From the NCBI RefSeq assembly GCF_963921235.1, contig NC_086097.1, positions 43,278,001-43,342,000 of the forward strand: a DNA stretch of 64,000 nucleotides, given 5' to 3'. Positions 35,801-50,800 of the stretch are shown here, piece after piece (the stretch's first letter is position 1; each line of letters opens with the position of its first letter). Under the pieces are notes generated by a model. That model was given only the letters and a program-made list of their open reading frames with translations. It searched no databases and had not been told where the DNA came from. Both the position numbers and the translations under genes were made by a program. This stretch comes from Mobula hypostoma. Lineage: Eukaryota.

Positions 35801-38800
35801 AAATTTACAACTCTCTTCAGTTTATTTTGGTCCTGTGCAGTAGCACCCCCACCCCCATACCAAACAGTGATGCAGCCTGTCAGAATTCTCTCCATGCTAT
35901 ATCTATAGAAGTTTTTGAGTGTATTTGTTGACATACCAGATATCTTCAAACTCCTAATGAAGTATACTCTAAATTATTGTACAATATTTATCCATATTAA
36001 TTTGTATCTGTTGCATGTCTTAAAATTATTCTAATTTGTTTGCATACTTCTGAAATTTTTGTAGTTCTTGTCAAGCCATCTGTTCCTGTTTTGTCAGATG
36101 AAGGAACACACAATCTCAAAATTGTATGAGTTCTGTTGGATTTGTTTATACTGAACAAAACACACATCCATTATTTTACCACTTATCTTAAATATTTTCT
36201 GCTTTTCAGCTTTGTTGCCAAATTTTAACCAAAATTTTAGACCTGAAATTTTCTAACAAATTTCTGGTTAGACGTTTCTGCATATTTTATTGAATACTTT
36301 TGAAAAATCCACTTTCGAAAAATCCACATATTACATCAATTTAAATATTGGCCAAAGTTTTTCCTTAATGGCAGATTTTAATTAAAAATTGGAGTGAAGG
36401 CAGCAGTAAGATGATACGATCAAGATGATGCGCGACTTCCTTGTCCATTCGTTCCTCCCTACTGATCTCCCTCCTGGTATTTATCCTTGCAAGTGGAACA
36501 AGTGCCATACCTGCCCCTTTGCCTCCTACCTCACTACCATTCAGGACCTCAAACAGTCCTTCCAGGTGAGGTGACACTTTACCTATGAGTCTATTGGGGG
36601 TCATCTACTGTATCTGGTGCTGCTGGTGTGGCCTCCTGTATATCAGTGACACTCGATGTTGATCCGGAGACCACTTTATCAAGCACTTACCCACCATTCA
36701 AAGCGAGATCTCCTGGTGGCCACCCATTTTAATTCTACTTCCCATTACCACTCTGACATGTCAGTCCAAGACCTCCTCTACTGCTGTGATGAAGCCACAC
36801 TCAAATTAGGTAGCTTCCAACCTGATGGCATGAGCATCAATTTCTCAAACTTCTGGTAATTGCCGCCCCCCCCCACTTCACCATTCCCCATTCTCATTTC
36901 CCTCTCTCACCTTATCTTACATGCCCATCACCTCTGTCTGGTGCTCCTCTCCTTTCTCCTTCTTCCATGGCTTTCTGTCCTCTCCTATCAGATTCCCTCT
37001 TCACCAGCCTTTTATCTCTTTCACCAATCAACTTCCCAGCTCTTTACTTCAACCCCTTTCCCCTCCCAGTACCACCTATCACCTACTACCTTGTACTTCT
37101 TCCTCTCCAAACCTCCCCCCCCCGACCTTCTTATTATAATTCTCATCCTTTTTTTTTCTCCAGTCCTGATGAAGAATCTTGGCCCACATTGACGACTGTT
37201 TACTGTTTTCCATAGATACTGCCAGGCCTGCTGAGTTCCTCCAGCACTTTGTGTTTGTTGCTCTGGTCAAGATGGTGCTGAGCTGCGATGTCCGTTGAGA
37301 TCATGGCTCAGACTTAGTTTTTATTAGATTTTTAGGGATGGTTTTGGAGGCAACATGGTGAGTTAGGGGACAGGTTAGGGTTTAGAGACAAAGATGAGGA
37401 CAGAAAGAGGTAAGAGTCAGTGCAGAAGCCATACATAGTCTACACTGAAGGGCTCTGCAGTACAAGGCCAGCGAATCCTGTGGATGGATGTTCAGAAGTC
37501 AGCACATAGATGTAGACCAGCGATCGCCATGGTCAGTGACTGAGATTGGCAGACCCTGTGGATGAGAGCTCGTGCACTCCCACCCGCCATCCCCGGTTGG
37601 TGAGTCCTGATGTCGGAGATCTGTGCCAGTCTGGAGTTCAAGGCCTTGTGATTGATGAGTCCTGAAATCAGTGCTAAAGGTTGAAGACCGAAGATGGCAA
37701 GTCCAGAGGTCAAGGCCCAATAGTTGAAGTCCCTAGGTCTGGAAGTTGGAGGCTCAAGCCAGGGGTAATCTCCAAGATCTGAGTCTGGTGTCGGAGGTCT
37801 TTGAGAGTTCAGAGTTCAAAGTCCTGTGCAAGGTGAGAACTGTGGTTGATACCAAAGCCGAAGCCCGATATTCAAAGACCAAAGTCAACAAGTCCGGAAG
37901 TTGAAGCCACCTGTTCATGGCCCATGGGTCAGCGTGTCTGGAAGTTGGAGGTCCAATGTCTGCAAGTCTGGGCCAGAGACTAGAGGTTCGAGGCCCACAG
38001 GTGGCCTGTTTTGAGGTTGGAGGTGTGTGTGTGGATGGGTGGGAGGGCGAAAAAGGGGCTTGTTTTACTGTTGCCATTGCTTGTGTTATTGTGCTGAACA
38101 TTGTGGACATGCTATGTTGGTGCTCCCGGAATGTGTGGTGACACTTGCAAGCTTCCACTAGTACGTTCTTAGGCTGTGTTAACACAAGCTGTGCATTTCA
38201 GTGAATGTTTCAGTGTTACATGTGATAAACAAGTGGTTCTTTATCTGTAGATTATTTTGCTGCAGTTGTATTTCTCTCATAGGGCTAATCTTCTAAAAGT
38301 AACATTCATTTGCCCTAACCAATATCATTTACTTCAAACTTCAGAACTTCACTAAAGGTGTACAGTCATGACAATATATCAATTTCCTAACCTTTTCCTT
38401 TCATGCTATGGTCCCATAGGTGTTGATTGTGATTGATAATCAGCTAGTTTTTAAGTATGGAACTAAACAGTGCTAACGAACAATTTGACAGTGACAAAGT
38501 AGGAATGTTTTGTCTTTATTTCATTGTATTAAAATTACGATAACGCTGGCTTGAAAATGTGTAGGAATATAAGTGGAAATAAAGTATGAGCTATCAATCT
38601 CTATCAAAACAAGCCAAGGAGCTAAGCACACGTCAGTTGTCTTGTGTTGTTATTTGACCACTGAGTTTAAAATTCTTGCATAAATACAGAAGCTCTGAAC
38701 TTGCTGGCTGCTCTTTGCTGATGATTTGTTGATTATGCTGTAATGTTGAACTCCTCATGGGAAAACCTCATGGCCACCCACACATCTTATTCTGTTAATA

Positions 38801-41800
38801 TCATCAAGTCCAGCTCTAATTTAATAAGGAGCTTTGAAGAACATGTCTTTAACATTAGTGTGTACCACAGGGCTTATACGTAGCCCCTTGCTGTACTTGC
38901 TTTACACCTATGACTGTGTGGCTAAGCACAGCTCCAATACCATATTCAAGTTTGCTGATGACACCACTTTTGTGGGCAAAACCAAAGGTAGTGATGTATC
39001 AGCATAAAAGAGGGAGATTGAAAATTTAGCTGAGTGGTGTCATAACAACAACCTGTCACTCAAAGTCAGCAAGACCGAGGAACTAATTGTAGACTTCCAG
39101 GAGAGGGAAACCAGAGATCCATGAGCCAGTCCTCATCGGAGGATCAGAGATGGAGAGGATTAGCAACTTTAAATTCCTGGGTATTACTATTTTAGAGGAC
39201 CTGTCCTGGACCCAACATGTAAATGCAATTGCAAAGAAACACAACAGCACCTCTACTTCCATAGGAGTCTGCGTGACATCTAAAACTTCGACAAACCTCT
39301 ATAAATGGGTAGTGGAAAGTTTATTGACTGGCTGCATCATGGCCTGGTAAGGAAACATCAATGCCTTTGAACAGAAAATCCTACAAAAGGTAGTGGATTT
39401 GGCCCAGTACATCATAGGTAAAGCCCTCCTAACTATTCACTATATTATGCTTGCCTCTTTTATTTCATTCGTTTTTCTTATATTCTCCTGTTGTTTCCTG
39501 ACAATCACTTTTCCCATATTACCTTTCCACACAAATATTCAATTTTTTTTGGCTTTCTTTTAAATTTTATCCTTCCTATTGTCCATGTTCTCTTTCTCCT
39601 TAATTGCTGTTCATCTTTAATATCCTTCAGTTCTAAGGGTATGAGATCTGATTTCATTTTTATTTTCACAAATAATGCCTGATCATTTGAGTAATTTCTA
39701 GCATTTACTGATTTTGCATATTTTTCTTTTGTATATTGTATATAATTTTACAAATATACATTATTTTCTATCATAACGTCTTGAAGAATGAGCTTTGACT
39801 CTTTTAGGTTAGCCACAATCTCTAACATAAGTTGCACAAAGTTCTTTTAAATTAAGGTAGATCCTGACAAACTCACAATTTTATTATATTTTGTGTTACA
39901 TTGAACAAATACAAATAATTTTATTTTCTTTCTTGTCTTTTTTCTTTCCAGTGATAAAAAATATGGGTCTCTTGCTCTAATATGCGAACTCATGGACATG
40001 AATATCTATGAATTGATACAAGGTCAGCACTGTTAGGTTGTCTGAATTTGAATATCTGTTGCTGACAAATAATGCAGTGAAAGAAAAAATTATATCAGTA
40101 TATTTTCTCAGGACATTTCTTATACTAAATAATGTCAATCTTTACAAGAATCTAACACGGAAGAGTTGCAGTATTGAGAAATCTGTGTATCTTTCTGATT
40201 ATCTGAAAATTAAAAATCTTCCATCTCCACAAACTATTTATATAAACAAAGTTTCCATTGTACATTTGTTTGCCTCTATCTGATATAAATTGTCAGGCTG
40301 AGGCTTTTCATTCTAGGACGAGGGAGATGTCTTCCTTTTTTAAAGAAAGGGGCTTCCCTTCCTCCACTATCAACTCTGCTCTTAAACACATCTCCCCCAT
40401 TTCACGTACATCTGCTCTCACTCCATCCTCCCACCACCCCACTAGGAATAGGGTTCCCCTGGTCCTCACCTACCACCCCACCAGCCTCCGGGTCCAACAT
40501 ATTATTCTCTGTAACTTCCGCCACCTCCAACGGGATCCCACCACTAAGCACATCTTTCCCTCCCCCCCCCCCCCGAGTACAGGGATGCTGGATGAACAAG
40601 AAAATATGCATGTTACAGAACTATGGCAAAATTGTTAATGACCTAGATTAGTATGAGTAGGGAGAAAAAGGATAGCCAAATATCCAGCTAATGTTGACCA
40701 CATTAGAATAGTTTGGATTTAATTGAATTGACTTTATTACTTACATCATTCTTAATGCATGAGGAGTAAAAATCTTTACGTTACGTTGCGTCTCTGTCTA
40801 AATGTGCAATTTATAATAACTTGTAATAAATAGTATGTATAACAGGACAGTCAATATAACATAGAAATACAGTTGTGTCAGCATGAATTAATCAGTCTGA
40901 TGGACTGGTGGAAGAAGCTGCCCCGGAGCCTGTTGGTCCTGGCTTTTATGCTGTGGTACCGTTTCCCTGATGGTAGCAGCTGGAACAGTTTGTGGTTGGG
41001 ATGACTCGGGTTCCCAATGATCCTTCAGGCACTTTTCACATACCTGTCACTGTAAATGTTCTGAATAGTGGGAAGTTCACATCCACAGATGTGCTGGGCT
41101 GTCCATATCACTCTGCAGAGTCCTGCGATTGAGGGAAGTATAGTTCCCATACCAGGCAGTGATGCAGCCAGTTAGGATGCTCTCAATTGTGCCCCTATAG
41201 AAAGTTCTTAGGATTTGGGGGCCTATACCAAACTTCTTCAACCATCTGAGGTGAAAGAGGCACTGTTGTGCTTTCTTCATCACACAGTTGGTATGTACAG
41301 ACCACACCACATGAGATCTTTGGTGATGTTTATGCTAAGGAACTTAAAGCTGTTCACCCTCTCAACACCAGATCCATTGATGTCAATAGGGGTTAGTCTG
41401 TCTCCATTCCTCCTGTAGTCCACAACCAGCTCCTTTGTTTTTGCGACATTGAGGAAGAGGTTGTTTTCTTGACACCACTGTGTCAGGGTGATAACTTCTT
41501 CTCTGTAGGCTGCCTCATTATTGCAAAGGTGGTTATCGTATTAGTACTTTTCCAATAATGGAAATCGGTATAGCACTAAGACAATTTGGAAAATGTCAAT
41601 GGTCCTCAAAAAGTACTGGTATGACAGAGTTTGGTACAGTTGGCTGCATTTTCAAATAATGTATCTAACGGGCACTATGTGGATAAGAAATAGAAGGCCA
41701 AGGAAATATTCTTGATAATATTAGAGATAATCGTGAGAAGTGGAAAAGGATGTAATTGAAGATGACTTTCTAGCCATAACTTGATGGTTTATGATAGAGT

Positions 41801-44800
41801 CAAATAACTGGATTGGCTTTCGAGGAGTCAGGTCATGGCTTCAATCCATTTGTTGATCCTCATATACATAATGAAATACTGTAAAGAAACATAGAAACAT
41901 AGAAAATAGGTGCAGGAGTAGGCCATTTGGCCCTTCGAGCCTGCACCACCATTCAGTACGATCATGGCTGATCATCCAACTCAGAACCCTATAACTGCCC
42001 TCTCTCCATACCCCCTGATCCCTTTAGCCACAAGGACCTTATCTAACTCCCTCTTAAATATAGTGAATGAACTGGCCTCAACTGTTTCCTGTGGCAGAGA
42101 ATTCCACAGATTCACCACTCTCTGTGTGAAGAAGTTTTTCCTCATCTCGGTCCTAAAAGGCTTCTCCTTTATCCTCAAACTGTGACCCCTTGTTCTGGAC
42201 TTCCCCAACAGTGGGAACAATCTTCCTGCATCTAGCCTGTCCAATCCCTTTAGAATTTTATACTTTTCAATCAGATCCCCCCTCAATCTTCTAAATTCCA
42301 GAGAGTATAAGCCTAGTCGATCCAGTCTTTCATCATATGAAAGTCCTGCCATCCCAGGAATCAATCTGGTGAACCTTCTTTGTAGCCCCTCTATAGCAAG
42401 AATGTCTTTCCTCAGATTAGGGGACCAAAACTGCCCACAATACTGTAGGTGTGGTCTCACCAAGGCCTTGTATAACTGCAGTAGTACTTCCCTGCTCCTG
42501 TACTTTAATCCTCTTGCTATGAATGCCAACATACCATTCGCCCTTCATCGCCTGCTGTACCTGCATGCCCACTTTCAATGACTGGTGTATAATGACACCC
42601 AGGTCTCGTTGCACCTCCCCTTTTCCTAATTGGCCACCATTCAGATAATATCTGTTTTCCTGTTCTTGCCACCAAAGTGGATAACCTCACATTTATCCAC
42701 ATTAAATTGCATCTGCCATGAATTTGCCCACTCACCTAACCTATCCAAGTCACCCTGCATCCTCCTCACAGCTAACACTGCCACCCAGCTTCGTGTCATC
42801 CGCAAACTTGGAGATGCTGCATTTAATTTCCTCGTCTAAGTCATTACTATATATTGTAAACAACTGGGGTCCCAGCACTGAGCCTTGCGGCACCCCACTA
42901 GTCACTGCCTGCATGAAGTCAGGCTCTTCAGCCCATGAAATCCACACCTAGCATCAAGCATGCATTTAGTGTAGCCCCACAATAATCCCACTTTATTCTT
43001 TCCACAATCCCATCAATTCCCTTTAGATTCTACCACTTACACACTGTGGGCGTTTACAGTGAACAGTAAAACCTACTAAAGCAACACACGCAAAATGCTG
43101 GAGGAACTCAGTGTGTCAGGCAGTATCTATGGAAAAGCGTAAACAGTTAATGTTTCCGGGCAAGACCCTTCTTCAGGACTGAGAGGGAAGGGGTGAGATG
43201 CCCAAATTAAACTGGGGGGTGGGGGGGGAGAGGCTGTCTGGAAAGTGATAGCTGAAGCCAGGTGGGTGGGAAAGGTCGAGTTACATACCAATCCACATGA
43301 ACTTTGGACATGGGGGGAAAATCAAAGAACCTGGAGGAAACTCATGAAAGAACAATGTTCAATATTTTATGTCCCAGTAGAACTTTGTATAAAATTTTCA
43401 CAGATTATTCACTACTTTGATGTGTGTGGATAATTGCAGTTGTACCACATTTTAGAAATGGTTACTTTACAATTCGATGTTTGTAATGTCAAATAAACAG
43501 GAATGCTCATACATGGATTAAAACATACATAGGTAAATACAGGGAAATAATGAGATAAAGGTAAAAGATGACATTAGAAACTCAAAACTTGTAAGGTCAT
43601 TTCCATCGTAAGACAATGAGGGACATTTCGATAGAGGTATATTAAATTATAAGGGTATAGATAGGGTCAATACAAACAAGCTTTTTTTTAACTGAGTTTG
43701 GGTGGAGACTAGAACTAGAGGTCATAGGTTAAGGGTGAAAGGAGAAATATTTAAAGGGAATCTGAAGGGTTTTTTTTCACTTAGAGAGTGGTGCAAGTGT
43801 GGAACAGGCAGCCGGTGAAAGTGATGGATGTGGTTCAATTGCAACATTTAATGAAAGTACATTGATGGGAATGGTGGGCTGTGGTCCAAATGGAACTAGG
43901 CAGAATAATGCTGTGGCATGGACTAGATGGGCTAAAGTGACTGTTTCTGTGCTGTAGTGCTCTATGACTCTGTAACTATCAGAGACTCTACATTAGACTG
44001 TAATCATCTTAAAATGCAAGGATCGTGAGGCTAAAATATTCTCAAGAAACTAGTGCACTTTTTGCTTTTACTTAAGAACCCTTTGAAAGTGTGTTTGGAA
44101 TTATATATAGTCTTTGAGTATAATTTATAATATTTAGTTGAAGATTTTTAAGAGACAAGTAAACTAGCGTAACATTTACAAAAATACTCTTATTTACAGG
44201 GCGAAGGCATCCTTTACCTGAAAGTAAAATAAAGAATTATATGTATCAGCTATGCAAGTCCCTTGAGTACATGCACAGGTAAGTACAGATTGAAAAAACA
44301 ATGACCATAAATATATTCCAAGTAATTATGGTCCTGGTTTTACTGATAATGGCCACAGCCAATCGTGGGGGAACTTGCGTGATCCAGACACAGATTCTGT
44401 GTACCAGAGCATTACAGCATCCAACAATAAAGCTTGAGTAGTATCAGAATCCTCCAGGTGCACTGGAGATGCTGTATCTCTGAAGGCACCCTGCAAACCG
44501 TCATGTTTAACATTCAAAAATAAAATAAAAGAAAAAATGATGGTTTGAAAACTAAATCAACTAAAATATTTAGTTTAAAACATTAAATAAAACATATAAT
44601 TAAAAAGCAGCTTAACTGCTTGCCTTTCCCATAGTCTGGCAGTCCCCAGTGAAATCACAGACTTGCATATATACAAAGTTCAAAGTAAAATTTATTATCA
44701 GAGTACATTTATGTCACCTCATACAACCCTGAGATTCTGTTTCTGTGGGCATACTTAGTAAATCTATAGAACAGTGACTGTAAACATAATCAATAGGCAA

Positions 44801-47800
44801 CAAACTGTGCGAATGCAAATATAAATAAATAGCAATAAATAAGGAACATGAAATAATAAGATAAAGAGTCCTTAAAGTGAGACAGTTGGTTGTGGGAACA
44901 CCAGAAGTAGAATGAGTGTAGTATCTAATCCAGTAGAATATCTGACAACCAATTTCCTAGCTAGGGAGACTTGCAAGATTGAGGTCAACCACTGGGATTC
45001 CACAGTGAGTTCAGCACTGGACTGTATTAAGATACCAGCAATTGATAAGTAAGTTCAGAAATTCCATGTTTGACTACCTACTCATGCATGGAAATTTTGG
45101 ACTTGCTAACATTTTCCAGCAAAATATGAATTTTTATAAATTATTGAACCATGTTGAGTTAATGGTTATTTGAAAGGATTAGCTTCAGAATTATATTACT
45201 GAATGTAACCTATGACAAATTTTCTTAAATTTCTTTGATATGCTCATAAAAATGTTTTGTTCATACCTTCATTGTATTTTTAGAACTGTTGTTTTAGTAT
45301 TTACAGGGACTAATGATCAATAGTACACTAATTGAAAAATTACTAGAAAATTATAAATATAAGAGAGACTTGGAATGGAAATCACCCTCTCCCCCTTCTT
45401 TTCGGAGATGGATGGCTGACATGATCTCAGTCATACAGATGGAGAGACTTAGGTTCTTGAGAACCAATACAATTAAAAAATTTTTTGCTATCTGGGATCC
45501 ATTTCTTCCCTACCTAGATGAGGCCGGGGGCAGACGAATAATTTCCCCCCAGCTGATTTCTCACTAAAAAGTTTAGTACTTTTGAGCACTTTGTACAATA
45601 GGCATCCCTCTAATGTTATGTTCCTTTTTTTTCCTTATTTTTACATATGTCTGAGCTTATATGTTCTTGTTGATTTCATTGTTTTTTGATAATTTTGAAA
45701 ATAAAGTATTAAAAAAAGAAAGTCATGTTCATTCCATTAGATTATGAAATCTTTTTATTTGATACAGAAATGGAATTTTTCACCGAGATGTAAAACCTGA
45801 AAATATCCTAATTAAGGTATGTTACTTGTACAGTTTTTCAATCACTCAGAAGAATGCTAGTTCATATCAACAATTTTCTAATGCAGAAATTAGCTAATTT
45901 TAGTTATGTTATTAATGCAAAGTGCTCTTGCTACTGACTGACAAGTATAAGAATTCTGGATAAAAACAATAGACTGTAAGTACTCAATAGGTCAAGTAAC
46001 AAATGTGCAAATAGAAATGAGCTGTCTTTCAGGTCAATGACCTTTCATCTGACCTAATCCTTCAATTTCTTGTGTTTATTTCTTATTTCTAGTGTTTGAA
46101 TCTTTTTTGCTATTAAAGTAGAAAATCCACATTGATTTACCATAAAATTAACACCACACAGTAGATGGAAGGTTACTGTATATCTGATTGAAATGTACTT
46201 GACTTGGAAGTGACCAAAATGGAAACTATTTATTTGGCAACTGATGCAACACACACAACATGATGAAGGAACTCAGCAGATCAGGGAGCATCCATGGAGG
46301 GATATAAACTGTTGACGTTTTGGACCAAGATCCTTCATCAGGACTGATAAGAAAGGGGGCAAAAGCTAGAATAAAATGGTGATGAAAGGGAAAAAACATG
46401 AGCTGGCAGTTAATAGATGAATACAGGTGGGAGGTGGAAGGTAGGTAGTTGGGGGAGGGTAAAGTGAGAATGATGTGAAAAGCTGGGAGGTGATAGATTG
46501 AAAAGGCAAAGGCCTGAGGAACATAGAATCTGATAGGTCAGTAGACCGTGGACTAGAAGGAAGGAGGTAGGAACTAGAAGGAGGAGGGTGTGGATGATGG
46601 ACAGGTTGTGAGGGTAGTAGGGGAAAAAGAGAATGGGTAAAGGCCAAAGGAATAAGGAAAAACAAAGGTGCAATGGGGGTGGGGGTGGGGGGGGGGCGGA
46701 GAACAGAGAAGAGTGGTTACTGAAAGTTAGAGAAATCAATGTTTTTGTTGTCAGGCTGGAGACTACCAAGACAGAATATGAGGTGTTGTTCCATTAAGGT
46801 ATGTTGAGCCTCAACTTGGCAGTAGAGTAGAGCACAGATTGGGGGAAATCACTTCATTGAGCAGCTTCACTCTGTCTGCTATAACAGCCAAGCTCTCCTG
46901 GCGGTCAGACACTTTATTGCCATTTTACATTCCCACTTGTCTGTCAGTTCTATTCTTCTAGCATTTTGTGTGTGTTGCTCTAGATTTACATAAGAACCTA
47001 AAAACATAAGAAATACGAGCAGGAATAGGCCATCTGGCTTGCCAAATACAGCATCAGCAGTCCCCCTTTTGTCTCTGTTTGGCACCTGGTGTTCATTGGC
47101 TTCTCTAGCACAATTAACAGCATTATATTTCTGGAAAATTTATAACATATGACATGTAGAGCACATATAGCCCTCTGCAATTAGATCACGTCCTAAAACT
47201 GGATAAAGAGAACCTGATTAAATAAATAACACAACAAAACATTATATTTGTTTACCTATTTATTGAAAAAATGATCCAATATTACATGTATTTGTTGGAA
47301 AAAGTATGTGCTTTCAGTAAGCGGTGTGATCCCCTTATACAGCAATAACTTCAACCAAACATTTCTGGTAACTTGATCAGTCCTGCACATTAGCTTGGAG
47401 GAATTTTGAGCCATTCCTCCTTAGAAAACTGCTTCAGCTCTGAGTTGTTGGTGGGCTCCCTTGCAAGAACTGCTTGCTTCAGGTCCTTCCACAACATTTC
47501 TATAGGATTAAGGTCAAGACTCTTGACTCAGCCATTCGAAAACACAAATTTTCTTTTTAAACCATTCTTGTTGACTTACTCTTGTCTTTCGGATCATTGT
47601 TTTGTTGCGTTATCCAACTTCTATTAGGTGATGGACTGCTACCCTGATATTCTCCTGTAAAAACTTGGAATACAATTTTGAATTCATTGTTTCCTCTATG
47701 ATTGCAAGTTGTCCAGGCCCCTGAGACAACAAAACAGCCCCAAATCATGATGCTCCTTCCACCATGCTTCACAGTTTGGATGAGGTTTTGGTGTTGATGT

Positions 47801-50800
47801 GCAGTGCCCGTTTTTCCTCCAAACATAGCAGCGTGCATTTCTGCCAAAAGGTTCATTTTTTTGTTTTATCTGTCCACAGAACATTGTCCCAGAGGCATTG
47901 TGGATCATCCAGGTGGTCTTGCAAACTTGAGGCGTGCAGCAATGATTTTTTTTTGGAGAGTAGTGGTTTCTTCCGTGGTGTCCTTCCATGTACAGTATGC
48001 TTGTTCAGTGTTTTTCTTATAGTGGACATATAAGCAAGAGACTTTAGCAAGTTCTAGAGCTTTTGCTATTACTTTTTCATCGCCTTCAGCATTGCATGTT
48101 GTGCTGTTGGTGTGATCTTTGCAGGATGCCCATTCCTATGGAGAGTAGCAGCAGTATTGAGTCTCCTTTATTTGTACACAGTTTTTCCATTTGGGCTGAT
48201 GAAAACTCAGGTCTTTAGAAATGCTTTTGTAGCCTTTTCCAGCATCATGGATCTTTACAATTCTTCAATGGTCCTGTGAAAGTTATTTTGATCAAGGCAT
48301 GGTGCACATAAACAGGTCTTTCTTGAGAAGAGCAGGCTCTGCCAGTAACCTGACTTCGTGTGTCTTTTTTATAGGGCAGGCCACCTCTACAACCCACACT
48401 TCCAATCTCATCTCATTAAAAGGAACACCTGACTCCAAGTAGCTTTTGTAGAAGGCATTACCCCAGAAGATCACGTACTTTTTCCAACAAAAATGTTGGA
48501 TCATTTTTCTCAATAGATAAATGAACAAGTATAATTTTTTGTGTTATTTATTTAATTGGGTTCTTTATCTAGTTTTAGGACTTGCATGAAGATCTGATCA
48601 CAGTTTTGGTCATATTTATGCAGAAATGGAGAAAATTCTACAGAATTCTTAAACTTTCTAGCACCACTGTATATCTCTTGGTACAAGATAATACTTGGTA
48701 TCCTCTTATATTTTGGCTAACTTATCTTCATATTTTATCTTTTCTCTCCTTATGGCTTTTTAGTTACCTTCTGTTGGTTTTTAAAAGTTCCGCAATCCTC
48801 TACCTTTCCACTATGTTTTTGCTATATTATATGCCCTCTCTTTTACTTGTGCTGTCTTTGACTTCCCTTGTCAGCCTTAGTTGCCTTGTCCTCCCTTTAG
48901 AATACATCTTCATCTTTGGGGATGTATCGATCCTGCGCCTGCTGAATTGACTCCAGAAATCCCAGCCATCCCTGATGGTGTCCTCTTCCAATCAAGGCTG
49001 TCATGCCTCTGTAATTCCCTTTACTCCGCAGTAATACGTGATACATCTGACTTTCTCCCTCTCAAACTGCAGGGTGAATTGTTCCTTATTATGATTACTA
49101 TCTGTGCTTTTCTGCTGAACAGGTTATTTTTACAGCTGTAAATGTTAACAAGAATGTTTTCTAAATTATTAACAATGTTTTGCATTAGATACCTTTCAGA
49201 AATTAAGATACTTTAAAATGTTATCAATATTTTTGAGGTACAGAATTTAAAACCTTCAAGGTGATTGGCTGCTGGTGGAAGCAATCTCCCTATATTGTTC
49301 ACAGATTACTAACAACCTATAAAAATGGGAATTTTTGAAATTCCTGAATTCATTTGTCTTTGAATGTTCTTCAGATGAGTTGACACTGGCCATGATTGTA
49401 TCTTGATATCTTGTTGCTGACTAGAACATCAGAAAAGTTTATTTGTTCATGAAAAGGTGAAATGTATTTTTGCGAGAGTCATGCAAGTTTATATTGGCAC
49501 TGTTAGTATGCATTATTTTTTCAGGTACCTTGTGCTTGAGCTGTTAGGATTAACACTAACCTTTTAACCAATTTTAACATTCTAACAAAATGAAGTATAT
49601 AAAATTTCTGGAATCCTACATGAAAGTTGAAACTAATCTCTGTCAACTTATGTCATGTCTCCACCTCTTAAAGAAACAGTGAATATTGAATTCAGCTGCT
49701 TTTCAATTCCATTGTACCAGAGAAAGATTTGACAAAAACAATGAAGCACTACCAAGAAACAGCACATCACCACTGGTGACTTTGAAATCCCAATGGAAGA
49801 TCTGGACGTTGTAACAGAGTTCCTGAAACTTATGAAGTAACCAAAAGTTGAAATAAAGCTGCAGTAAGAGGAGTTGCTCAGAGAGAGAAATGCTTGAATG
49901 TTACCCTAGGAATAGGCCCTGTGCAAGAAAATAAAATCAACTCACAAATTGGCTGAGTATAAGAGGAGATGGTAATAAATGCCAGCTATAAACAACTAAC
50001 TACTGCCCTAAACATATACCACTATGCCTATTTTCACTTGCACATCTGATAATTCGTACACAAAACTCACATTTACACCTCATTTCCAGAATGCAACCAT
50101 GACATCATAATCTACTGACATTTGTGCAATGTATGTGTAATGGTCTTCATTTCCTCTTGTAGGAGATGTTAGCAGCAGATCTATAGTACCCACAGGTTCA
50201 GCTCATTGGAAGAAAAGCAACCCATTATCACGAGCCTGGCATTCACTGTGAGTGAAGAATATGCAACCAGATTATATTGTTGTCATGCCTCTGAGATTGT
50301 TACCTCACAGTCATTGGGGGGGTATCTTGGAGGTAGGATCTTCATGTGGTGAGCTATATGCAAGCTTCCTAGGTGGCAGAGTTCCAGAAGACTTGAACGG
50401 GACAGCCAATGGATGAAGGCTGATGAACATGTAAATAGAGATGCTTTGGACAGCCTGAAAGCCTGTATAAGATGACAAGGGGTATAGGGGAACTGCAGTT
50501 TCACCTTCTCCACTGTTCTGTGTGGAATATGGAGACTACCTTTTCCAATTTGGAAGTGAAGTTAGCTTTATGTCAGTATTTATGGACTTGGCTATAGGCA
50601 TTGTTGGCTGGCAGAGGTTACATATTCTCTGCAGCACATACAAAATATATCTACTTTGGAAAGTTGGAGTCCTGCCTTCATAGTTTGGACTTCATTGAAG
50701 AGAGAAGCTCTAAAGGTGAGACAGCTCTCCAACAAACTGTCCTCGGATTGTTTGGATAACCAATATCCCAGGAGATAGCATGACACCATGGAATACAAAT

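Noticed and set aside
38715..38830. Intronic C/D box snoRNA (TGATGA motif)
   Set aside because: No properly placed CTGA D box or terminal stem.
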